From: Octopus sinensis
Taxonomy: Eukaryota
Direction of reading: 5' to 3'
Assembly (NCBI RefSeq): GCF_006345805.1
Contig: NW_021832935.1
Span: forward strand, 1 to 35,104
DNA: 35,104 bases
Shown here: piece by piece, positions 1 to 10,841 of the stretch
Layout of the letters: the number at the start of each line of letters is the position of its first letter
How positions within the stretch are numbered: the stretch's first letter is position 1
Notes under the pieces: generated by a model
The model's database searches: none
What the model was told of the DNA's origin: nothing
The model's input: only the letters and a program-made list of their open reading frames with translations
Program-made: the position numbers and the translations under genes

Positions 1-556
1 ACAATCTTCAGTCGGGAACCGATCATCTTAGCAATTTCGGCTGATTAATCCTGATATCGCTCGGATACGGCCAGCCCCAAAGAAAAACTAAGCTACGGGC
101 ATTAGATTTCTTGGAAAGAGGATCGAATGTATACGAAACAAGGACAGGATGCCACACGAATATAAATACAAGAAACAAAAAATAGAAACAAAAACAAGAA
201 TAGTAATAACAGGACAAAACAGCGGATGTCTTATGACTTCAGACATTTTTTAACTTATCTTGGCTGGCGTATTTGAAAAAATGCCTTTGCGGCAAACGAA
301 GACAACAGTGTTAACATGGCAGCGGTCAAGCCGAAAAGACCAGTTTGAAGGCAGTCACGTGAGAGTGCGGAAGAAAGAGAAAGAAAAGCAGGGGGCAAGG
401 AATCAAAGAGAGAGTACGGGGAACGTTTTGAATATGCAAATAAAGCTCCTTCTGTATTATGGTCGGCGACAGTCTAATGATGCTGACCGGTGAACCACTT
501 TTGGGGCTTGCATTGAGCAGTACCGTTACAATGTAAGATAAACATGATGACAATAA

Positions 557-734
557 CAATAATCATTGGGTGGAAATTATAAATATTTTAATGCATCGCT
601 ACGCGCGTTTCCACAAATTACATGTCTCTTAAAATCACAGGAGTATGGACTGTGATTATAAGAAACATGTGATTTGTGGAAATGCGCGTAGCGATGCATT
701 AAGATACTTTACAAATTCCAACCAAGGATTACTG
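557..734. mobile_element. Fold-back (MITE-like) inverted repeat
   Basis: Arms 588-640 and 650-702 are reverse complements at 49/53 positions around a 9-nt loop (gagtatgga). Weaker pairing extends to about 557/734. No ORF. Confidence 0.7.
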
Positions 735-747
735 TCATTATTACTAC

Positions 748-800
<53 letters not shown>
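748..800. repeat. (TA)n(TG)n compound microsatellite
   Basis: Direct reading. Confidence 0.95.
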
Positions 801-803
<3 letters not shown>

Positions 804-1688
804 TAGCAGTTTCTTGACGAAGCGGGTTTGGCCATGGGCTCTTAGGAGCCTAGTTCGATTTGTTTGCCCCCGCCTCTGTTCTGTTTTTGTTTTTTCCAAC
901 GGATTTCCTATTTCTTCTGAGAGAAAGACACAATATGGTCTCATTATTCAATCGGAATTTGGTAAATTGTGCCTTTCGAAACACGTGTAGAATGAAATAA
1001 ACGATTTCTGTTCAATCTTCGTTCAACTAATTTCTTCAATTCACTAATAATATAATATATATATTGTGTGTGTGGTGTGTAGATATATGTATATAATATA
1101 TATATATATTACTTCTCTCCCAAAACAGTAAATCACATCGGCACTAGCAATTATAAAACCATGTAACTTGAGACTGAAACTACTAACAAATACTTTTTCA
1201 ACATTGGAGCCATTTAGAAAATCAGAGGGGATGACGTCATAAACATTTTCCTCTGCCCCCTGCCCCCCACCCCCACCTCGAAGATATAATAATAGCTATC
1301 AATATTGATAATGATAATAAATGACTATATATTACATGTAGGAAATTAGATTGCGGGTGAGAAATGGAAGGACAGGCTTTGAACTATGAATGATGGTGTG
1401 TGATAGCTTCAAAAAGACTCCCACTTGCGAAGTTTAGAAAAAAAAACAAACAAATAATAATTATGAAAATATAAATATGCAATGAGTGAGAAAAAGGCTA
1501 ATTAACTATAATATTATTTATTTCGCATATTAAACAAACATTACTTGAAGTCATGTTATTAAGTCATTAATATATAAAGTTTAATTATCATTCCCCGATT
1601 AATTACAATTAAACAACAAGAAAAACAAACAAACCCATAACAGGGTTGGTTATACAAAAGCTCGGATTGATGTGAAGTTAATAATAAA

Positions 1689-1690
<2 letters not shown>

Positions 1691-1738
<48 letters not shown>

Positions 1739-1795
1739 TAGTAGTAGTAGTAGTAGTAGCAGCAGTAGTAGTAGTTGCAGCACCAGCTGCAGTAG
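1691..1795. repeat. (GTA)n microsatellite
   Basis: Direct reading. Confidence 0.95.
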
Positions 1796-3057
1796 TATTG
1801 GAATGAAGAAAATTAGTAGAAAAATTCGTATGCTACTGACTTGAAACCACCCAAAAGAACACATGCAATGATTTTATCTCTGCAGAGCCTAGAGAGGTTG
1901 TGGCCTGATCCAGTTTGTACTTTTTTAGAAAATCGCCACCATTGGACAGGTCAAATAACTTAAAATAACTAACGAATGGATTCTAAAACTTGTTGAAAAT
2001 CACGAGGCGTAAGAAGTAGAGTAAAAAATTTGCGGTTGGTTTCCTGCATGACACCCAGGCTGAACAGTCTTAGAGAAGTATGACAACCGTTATTGCAATG
2101 AAGGTAAAATTAACGGCTTAGAAAAAAGCACAAGGACAATTGGCAGGTAGATGGGAGCAGAAATATCTGCATGGCCAATATGTGACCAGTAGCAAACAAA
2201 CTGATGTCGACCAGAGATACACCCATCAGTGGCTACGGAACTCAGGACTAAAAGCAGAGAGCGAAGGTTTTATCTCAGTTGCACAAGATCAAATTTTATT
2301 GACCCGAAACTACCAAGCCAATGTGATGAGAAATGGAATAGATCCAAAGTGCTGATTTTAATATGATGAGATTGAAACAGGGGACCACCTAATTTACACT
2401 GTATGTAAATTTTTAACACCATTAGAGTATAAGTCAAGACATGACAAAGTTGGCCAATATCTACACTGGTTAATATTTCGGCATTATAAAACTAAATCTA
2501 TTGACAAGTGGTATAATCGCTAATCTGAGGCCGTAAATGAGGGAGAAAGTGTAGCGATTCTTTCGGTATTTCCAGTACATACGGACAGAACCATCAAAGC
2601 TAATAAAACGAATATTGTTGTAAAAGACCAAAATAATAAACTCTATTTATCAACATGAGTATTCCTTGTGATCATAATGTCTCGGCAAAGAATTTGAAAA
2701 CTTAGGAAATATAAATATTTGCTGATTGAAAATGAAAACACGTCGCGTCTCAAGGCAGTTAATATACGAATGATTCTAAGAGCACTTGGGAGATCAGAAA
2801 AAGGACTGAGAATTATTCGAGACTAATCCCTGCAAAATATTGTTTTAACTTGTAACTCACACGAATTAAGAAGAGCATTGTGACCGACAGAACGATGACC
2901 TTCCATGCAATTATCTTTTTTACGTAAGTTCATTTGATTTTGTAAATGAACACGCTTGTGTTTTTTATTATAATGGCCTCTCAAGGTATACAGTGAGGTT
3001 CTTTGCGCTAGGTGTCGAGAAGTACTCGGAAAGAAGTGGAAACAAAATTGAAAGAAG
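1796..3057 (+). mobile_element. 5'-truncated decayed R4/Dong-type non-LTR retrotransposon, copy L1 (post-RT region, degenerate Zn knuckle, RLE endonuclease, 3' UTR)
   Basis: Frame-broken translation includes RKIRMLLT, LCRA*RGCGLIQF, WILKLVENHE, KYLHGQY, HQWLRNSGLKAESEGFISVAQDQILLTRNY, RHDKVGQYLHW, PVHTDRTIKANKTNIVVKD, KYKYLLIE and HELRRAL*. Its 3' UTR resembles that of L2. Confidence 0.9.
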
Positions 3058-3657
3058 ATGCCCTGATGCAGTACCAGGATGCCCTGACGCAGTACCAGGA
3101 TGCCCTGATGCAGTACCAGGCAGTGGCTCTCATGGTTTCTGATCTTAACTGATTGGAAGTGTTAGCATGTACATTGTTTTGTCTTGGTATAAAAGATGGG
3201 CTACAGCAAATATTCTGCTCAATACCACAGATTTGCTTGTCAGTTGTTTGACCTTAACCAGTTGAGCATGTCCCTTAGTGGCTGACGATATGTGCATCTC
3301 TGATCACGAGCAGAAGTAGTGGGGGGGGGAGCATCATAGCCATGTGTTGAGAGGGATTCTTTGGGGTTTGAATAATTCACCTCTGGAAACATGGGTGGTT
3401 CTTTCAACATCCTTAAACAACCCTTATTCAGGGACCTTTTGAGCGGGATGGGCTACTCAACCTGAAGAAAATTCTAACTGGGCCCCACCTGCAAGGTCAT
3501 GTGCTGTTTATCTTGATATGAGATCACCATGTCGCGCACATATGGTTGTGATGCATGTGACTGGTGTACCTTTATCAGACGGGTAGTCATGATGGTATAT
3601 TGGGCTCGTATATTTTACCTCAGTGTCACTTTGATGGCATGCACTGCTCTCTCACTC
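3058..3657 (+). mobile_element. ~600-bp non-coding (AAT)n-associated element, copy A (three 21-bp head units)
   Basis: Same sequence recurs at 3728-4260, 4928-5528, 20020-20560 and 20587-20656. Head unit atgccctgatgcagtaccagg x3 at 3058-3120. Ends ctctcactc followed by (aat)n. Confidence 0.9.
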
Positions 3658-3670
3658 AATAATATAATAA

Positions 3671-3704
<34 letters not shown>

Positions 3705-3727
3705 TATTATTATTATTATTATTATTG
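3658..3727. repeat. (AAT)n switching to (ATT)n; tail-to-tail junction
   Basis: Strand polarity flips at about 3703. Confidence 0.9.
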
Positions 3728-4260
3728 GAGTGAGAGAGCAGTTCATGCCATCAAATTGACACTGGGATAAAATATACGAAGCCCAATATACCCATCATAA
3801 CTACCCGTCTGATAAGGGTACACCAGGCACATGCATCACAACCATATGTGCGCGACATGGTGATCTTATATCAAATAAACAGCACATGACCTTGCAGGGG
3901 GCCCAGTTAGAAATTTCTTCAGTTGAGTAGCCCATCCCGCTCAAAAGGTCCCTGAATAAGGGCTGTTTAAGGATGTTGAAAGATTCACCCATGTTTCCAG
4001 AGGTGAATTATTCAAACCCCAAAGAATCCCTCTCAACACATGGCTATGATGCTCCCCCACTACTTCTGCTCGTGATCAGAGATGCACATATCGTCAGCCA
4101 CTAAGGGACATGCTCAACTGGTTAAGGTCAAACAACTGACCAGCAAATCTGTGGTATTGAGCAGAATATTTGCTGTAGCCCATCTTTTATACCAATACAA
4201 AACAATGTACATGATAACACTTCCAATCAGTTAAGATCAGAAGCCATGAGAGCCACTGCC
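3728..4260 (-). mobile_element. ~600-bp element, copy B (head missing)
   Basis: Reverse complement of 3119-3657 with about 20 differences. Flanked by (ATT)n on both sides on the plus strand. Confidence 0.9.
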
Positions 4261-4338
<78 letters not shown>

Positions 4339-4350
4339 CATCATTATTAT

Positions 4351-4885
4351 CTTTTCCTTTCAATTTGCTTCCATTTCTTGCCGAGTGTCTTCCCGACTCC
4401 TAGGGCAAAGAAACTCATAGTATACATTGGTAGGCCATTAAACTAAACTCAATAGTTCGTTCATTTTTTTTTTTTAAAGTTAAAAAACTTTTACTACATG
4501 GGTAGTAATAGTTCTCACAGCGACAATGCTCTTCTCAATACGTGTGATGTACCAGTTAAGACAATCTTTTGCACTTCTTGCAGGGATGGTAAGCCAGGGA
4601 TCATTCTCATATAAATTTCGGTTCCCTTCTTGATCATTCCTAGTGCTCCTACGATCACTGGTATTGTAACCGCCTTGAGATGCCACATTTTCTCAATTTC
4701 AATGAGCAGGTCTTTATATTTTCTGAGCTTGTCAAACTCTTTCGCCGAGATATTATGATCACAGGGGTTGCTCATGTCGATCAATAAGCAAACTTTATTG
4801 TTTTTGTCTTTCACAACAATATCTGGTTTATTGGCTTTGATGGTTCGGTCTGTATGTACCGGAAAGTCCCACAGAATCGTTACAC

Positions 4886-4887
<2 letters not shown>
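4351..4887 (-). mobile_element. 5'-truncated R4/Dong-type LINE, copy L2, uninterrupted RLE-domain frame plus 3' UTR
   Basis: Open frame 4887 to 4515: VTILWDFPVHTDRTIKANKPDIVVKDKNNKVCLLIDMSNPCDHNISAKEFDKLRKYKDLLIEIEKMWHLKAVTIPVIVGALGMIKKG...GTSHVLRRALSL*. This is a PD..D..K RLE motif. (AAT)n flanks both ends on the element strand. Confidence 0.93.
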
Positions 4888-4927
<40 letters not shown>

Positions 4928-5528
4928 GAGTGAGAGAGCAGTGCATGCCATCAAAGTGACACTGAGGTAAAATATACGAAGCCCAATATACCCATCATGA
5001 CTACCCGTCTGATAAAGGTACACCAGTCACATGCATCACAACCATATGTGCGCGACATGGTGATCTCATATCAAGATAAACAGCACATGACCTTGCAGGT
5101 GGGGCCCAGTTAGAATTTTCTTCAGGTTGAGTAGCCCATCCCGCTCAAAAGGTCCCTGAATAAGGGTTGTTTAAGGATGTTGAAAGAACCACCCATGTTT
5201 CCAGAGGTGAATTATTCAAACCCCAAAGAATCCCTCTCAACACATGGCTATGATGCTCCCCCCCCACTACTTCTGCTCGTGATCAGAGATGCACATATCG
5301 TCAGCCACTAAGGGACATGCTCAACTGGTTAAGGTCAAACAACTGACAAGCAAATCTGTGGTATTGAGCAGAATATTTGCTGTAGCCCATCTTTTATACC
5401 AAGACAAAACAATGTACATGCTAACACTTCCAATCAGTTAAGATCAGAAACCATGAGAGCCACTGCCTGGTACTGCATCAGGGCATCCTGGTACTGCATC
5501 AGGGCATCCTGGTACTGCATCAGGGCAT
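4928..5528 (-). mobile_element. ~600-bp element, copy C (three 21-bp head units)
   Basis: Nearly identical reverse complement of copy A. (AAT)n on both sides on the element strand. Confidence 0.92.
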
Positions 5529-5549
5529 TTATTATTATTATTATTACTA

Positions 5550-5599
<50 letters not shown>

Positions 5600-5663
5600 T
5601 ATATTATTATCATCATTATTGTTATTTTTATTATTATTATTATTATGCAGCAAACTGGCATAG

Positions 5664-5714
5664 AGGTGGCGTGTTGGTAGAATCGTTAGCACGCTGGGCA
5701 AAATACTTGGCGGT
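5664..5714 (+). mobile_element. Duplicated 5' head fragment of the adjacent SINE
   Basis: Repeats 5788-5838 together with its upstream flank. Confidence 0.75.
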
Positions 5715-5787
5715 ATTATTATTATTATCATCATTATTGTTATTTTTATTATTATTATTATTATTATTATGCAGCAAGCTGGCATAG

Positions 5788-6000
5788 AGGTGGCGTGTTG
5801 GTAGAATCGTTAGCACGCTGGGGAAAATACTTCGTGATATTTCACCCGTCGCGACGTTCTGAGTTCAAATTCCACCGAACTCGACTTTGCCTTACATCGC
5901 TTCGGAATCGATAAATTAAGTACCAGTCAAGCACTGGGGTCGATATAATCGACTAGTCCCTCCCCCGCCAATTTCAGGCCTTGTGCCTATGGTAGAAAGG
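5788..6000 (+). mobile_element. tRNA-derived SINE, family 1, tail type a, ending in (ATT)n
   Basis: Box A-like tggtagaatcgttag and box B gagttcaaattcc. Body matches 21761-21993 and 32142-32374; the 3' tail differs. Confidence 0.88.
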
Positions 6001-6047
<47 letters not shown>

Positions 6048-6168
6048 CATATTATTATTATCATTATTATTATTATTATTATATTATATATTATTATTAT
6101 TATTATTATTATTTTTATCATTATTATTATTATTATCATTATTATTATTATTATTATTATCATTATTA

Positions 6169-6213
<45 letters not shown>

Positions 6214-6289
6214 TATCATTATTATCATTATTATTATTATATTATTATATTATTATTATTATATTATTATTATCATATTATTATTATTA

Positions 6290-6331
<42 letters not shown>

Positions 6332-6389
6332 CATTATATCATTATTATTATTATTATATTATTATTATATTATTCATTATTATCATTCA

Positions 6390-6422
<33 letters not shown>

Positions 6423-6433
6423 CATTATTATCA

Positions 6434-6468
<35 letters not shown>

Positions 6469-6545
6469 GTATATTATTATATCATATTATTATTATTATA
6501 TTATTATTATTATTATTATCATTATTATTATTATTATTCTTATTA

Positions 6546-6576
<31 letters not shown>

Positions 6577-6662
6577 CATTATTATCATTATTATATTATT
6601 ATTATTATTATTATTATTATTTATTATTATATTATTATTCTTATTATCATTATTATCTATTA

Positions 6663-6698
<36 letters not shown>

Positions 6699-6712
6699 CA
6701 TTATTATCATTA

Positions 6713-6745
<33 letters not shown>

Positions 6746-6776
6746 CATTATTATCATTATTATTATTATTATTATA

Positions 6777-6819
<43 letters not shown>

Positions 6820-6909
6820 CATATTATCATTATATATTATTATTATTATCATTTTATTATTATTATTATATTATTATTATATTATATTATTATTATTATC
6901 ATTATTATT

Positions 6910-6940
<31 letters not shown>

Positions 6941-7000
6941 TATTATCATTATTATTATATTATATTATCATTATTATCATTATTATTATTATTATTATTA

Positions 7001-7043
<43 letters not shown>

Positions 7044-7143
7044 CATTATTATCATTATTATTATTATTATATTATCATTATTATTATTATTATTATTATC
7101 ATTATTATTATTATTATAATTATTATCATTATTATTATTATCA

Positions 7144-7178
<35 letters not shown>

Positions 7179-7271
7179 TATTATTATTTATTATCATTAT
7201 TATCATTATTATTATTATTATTATTATCATTATTATTATTATTTATTATTATATTATTATTATTATTATTT
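6001..7271. repeat. ~1.27-kb imperfect (ATT/ATC)n array
   Basis: Direct reading. Source of the spurious 378-aa ORF. Confidence 0.95.
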
Positions 7272-8455
7272 ACTTTTAATCTGCATGTTTGTTACAATCA
7301 TTTGCCAAGACACACCCAGCGAGTGAAGGATAAGAGATGTTAGAGTATGACTGAAAGCTTGTGGAGGGGATGTGGCAGTGGCACACATTTATATTGATGG
7401 GGTTTTTCTAAGAATGTAGACAGTACTTGTTAGCACAAACTTTTTGATTTCTCTGAGACATGGTTCTCCTGGGACATTATCTAGATGTTTTTGACATCCC
7501 TTTCTTATCATACCTAGGACACCCACAATAACAGGAACAGTTCTCGCGATAAGATGACACATCTTTTGCATTTCAATTTCTAGGTCCTTATATTTACTTA
7601 ATTTGTCAAATTCCTTTACAAATATATTTTTATCAGTGGGAAAACTTACATCTATTAGTCTACAAGTATTTTCTTCCCTGTCTTTAATGACTATGTCTGA
7701 TCGATTAACGTGAATCGTTTCGTCGTTGTTGACTGAAAAATCCCAGCGGATAGTGATATTTTACCTTCAACGACTGGCTCAGGGTGATGTTAATACCAGT
7801 AAGCAGGAGTGCTGATTTTGTAGTGTTTACTTATTTTTCAATGTAAATGGTCCTGCCCTATCGTGGCGATTTTTGTACGCGTTTGGTTTCAGCACAAGAC
7901 ATCCCGAGACGAGATGGTCTATTGGTTCGTCAAATATATCACAGAATCTGCATTTAGAGTCAGAACCGTTTTGAAAAACGTTAGCCTGGTAGTTTTTGGT
8001 AAAGAAGCTTTGGTCTCGTGCCACCAATATGAAACCTTCAGTCTCTGCTTTCAGCCCTGAGCTTCTCAGCCACTGACGGGTTGTTGCTTAGTTTACATGA
8101 ATTTGTTTCTGTCCGTTCTTTTTTGCAGTCTGTTTGATCCGTTTTGCCTGTTCAGTGGCAGTGGTTTCAGGTTCTTCATCTAATTCAAAGTAAATGCCGA
8201 GTTCCCTTGCGAATTTACAAGCTTCCTTGACAATAGAATGTGACTTTTTGCGGCTTTCGTATTTGTACAAAGCAGCATCCAGTGCTCTGTACTAGATAAT
8301 TACCTGTTCATTGCTATTGTAGAGGTCCTATAGTACAGTTCTACCTGCATCATCCCCCCATTACTTCTAGGTAGGTACAGACGATCAATGTCTGCTTCTG
8401 AGTGGTGCATGTTCTTCGAAGTTAATAGTTTTCTTGTCTTCCTCTATATGCGCAT
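7272..8455 (-). mobile_element. 5'-truncated R4/Dong-type LINE, copy L3
   Basis: RKTRKLLTSKNMHHSEADIDRLYLPRSNGG, QWLRSSGLKAETEGF, intact CCHC knuckle CRFCDIFDEPIDHLVSGC, RLE region with KEFDKLSKYKDLEIEMQKM and TSTVYILRK. (AAT)n at both ends on the element strand. Confidence 0.92.
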
Positions 8456-8618
8456 TACCATTATTATTATTATTATTATTATATTATTATTATTATTATT
8501 ATTATATTATTATTATTACTATTACTACTACTACTACTACTACTACTACTAGTATTATTATTATTATTATTATTACTACTACTACTACACTACTACTACT
8601 ACTACTACTACTACTAAC

Positions 8619-8663
<45 letters not shown>
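8456..8663. repeat. (ATT)n/(ACT)n microsatellite
   Basis: Direct reading. Confidence 0.95.
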
Positions 8664-8664
<1 letters not shown>

Positions 8665-9240
8665 TGCCCAAAACCAATATAAAGTCGTGGCGACACGCTA
8701 AGGTAGCGAAAGTGCTGCGTTGGAAACTGCAACACGTGGTATGATCATAAACCACAGAGAGTGGTGGAGTCGGAACCCTATATAATCCCGTGGGATTTCC
8801 CAATGCAAACAGACCAAGCGCTTGAGTACAACAAGCCGGACCTAGTGGTGATGGTCATGGTTAGACCACATGTGCTCTCTAATTGGTGTCGCGTGCCTCT
8901 CTGACCCACGAATAGTTATGAAAGGATGCGAAAAAACAGACATATAAAACTCTCTTAAATACGAGACAGCTTGAGAGTAGAAAATAAAGAAGGTGAGGAG
9001 AGTGCCAAACATTTTTGGTTCCTTGGGGACAGTAACAGAAGCATTTAAGAGGAATATAATGGTAATAGGAAAAAGGTGCCCAGTAGAGGCTGTTGCAAAA
9101 CGTTTGTCTCCTTGGCACGGCCAGAATCACCAGCAAGATATTAGGTACTTAAAGAGAACAGATGGCATGGAACCGTAGTCTGCAGGTTGCAATGCCAGAC
9201 TCCAGGAGTTTCAAAACTACCTGAGTTAAACGAATAAAAA
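8664..9240 (+). mobile_element. Older 5'-truncated R4/Dong-type LINE, copy L4 (distinct subfamily)
   Basis: AQNQYK, WRHAKVAKVLRWKL, WYDHKPQRVVES, WDFPMQTDQALEYNKPDLVV, VPNIFGSLGTV and GTARITSKILGT*. AAT-like 3' flank. Confidence 0.85.
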
Positions 9241-9603
9241 TCATTATAACAATAATGATAATGTACTGCATTTTGAACCTTCTTTTTCCTCTTTCACTTC
9301 CTCCTCCTCATCATCAACTTCCTAATTATCATTTTCATTATCATTATTATCATTATCAATAACAGCATCAGAAGCGACAACCATAACAATTACAACAACA
9401 ATATAAAGAACAAGACCAGTTAAAACAACGACAAGGCCACTACTAGACTTCCAACAACCATCAACAACAAACAAAAACAGAAAAGTCGAACTGCTAGAAG
9501 TAGCTGCGAAATCCCTTTTTGAATCACATAAACTGTTTACCTGGAGTAGAATACAGCAGGCATCCATAGAGGATGATGTATGCTATCCATTATATGACTT
9601 ACG

Positions 9604-9705
9604 AGAACTAGGTTTACAAAGAATAAGACTTGGGGCCGATTTACTCAACTAAAGTGGGGTGCTCCAGCATGGCCGCTGTCAAATGACTGGAACAAATAAA
9701 AAAAT
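9604..9705 (+). mobile_element. 3' fragment of SINE family 2
   Basis: Matches 21240-21335 (gctccagcatggccgc...aaatgact). Confidence 0.75.
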
Positions 9706-9719
9706 ATAGATAGATAAAT

Positions 9720-10241
9720 AGATAACATGTATATACATATATATATGTATACACACACAGATATATGTACATATGCATATATAACATATGAGATATATTT
9801 TCAGCATGTTACATAACATGCATAACACATATTATGCATATTAACGAACATATATATACATACACACATATATACATATAGATATATAATATACATATAT
9901 ATTTATTATTTGTTGTAGAAAGAGTACCTTATATATTATATTTTAAATATTTATATATATATATATATAATATATATATATATATATAATATATATATAT
10001 ATATATGTATATACATATATTATGTGTATATACATATATATATATATACGTATATATGTATAAAATATATTTTAGGTGTTAATATATTTTATATGTTTTA
10101 TAAATATACGATATATTTATGTATTATGTTATATAAATACACCATGTGTGTCATATATATATATATATCATGTTAAATATTAACTATTATGTGTAATATG
10201 TTATGTTCTATATATGTTATATTTATATTATATTATATATC

Positions 10242-10292
<51 letters not shown>

Positions 10293-10346
10293 ATATGTTA
10301 TGTTTTATATTGTTATATTTATTTATATTATATTATATATCATATA

Positions 10347-10381
<35 letters not shown>

Positions 10382-10722
10382 TGTTATATGTTATATATTA
10401 CAATATATGGTTTAGCGAATTCTTACAGATTTCAAAACGCAATTATGGTTACTGGCAGCTCTACCATTTCGTGTTATCTTTATTATTGTTCTTGCAATAG
10501 GTTTTGATGCTGTTGTTGTTGTCACTGTTATAGGCATCTCGTCTACTTCTTCTCCTTATCTCTCTCTGTCTTTCTCTCTCGCGCTTATTTCTCTTTCTCC
10601 GTCTCTACGTCTTTGGGAGATTTCAAACACAGATTCCAATATATTGGTAAGTCAGGGACATTATGATGACTCTGGAGCCACCATATATTGCTGGTGCAGT
10701 ATAAATACATACATAGGTATAT

Positions 10723-10767
<45 letters not shown>

Positions 10768-10791
10768 ATATATATATATATACATACACAC

Positions 10792-10841
<50 letters not shown>

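Noticed and set aside
1-530. Possible Penelope-like end (1-220, weakly similar to 24470-24610) and possible solo LTR ending AATAAA...cgttaca
   Set aside because: No matching TG start, second LTR, TSD, ORF or ribozyme core could be shown.
3058-3120. 21-bp direct repeats resembling a CRISPR or iteron array
   Set aside because: Contiguous tandem units without unique spacers, part of a eukaryotic retro-like element.
3282-3320. CTGACGA hammerhead-like core in the passenger
   Set aside because: No stem II followed by GAAA found by eye on either strand.
5983-7119. 378-aa ORF, the longest in the track
   Set aside because: Translation of an (ATT)n array (poly-I/L/Y); not a transmembrane protein. 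The same applies to the poly-V, IY, CV, LSIY, D and S ORFs elsewhere.
9322-9620. Exon-like stretch with open frames on both strands
   Set aside because: Low complexity, runs into a SINE fragment, and has no consistent splice-site pair.
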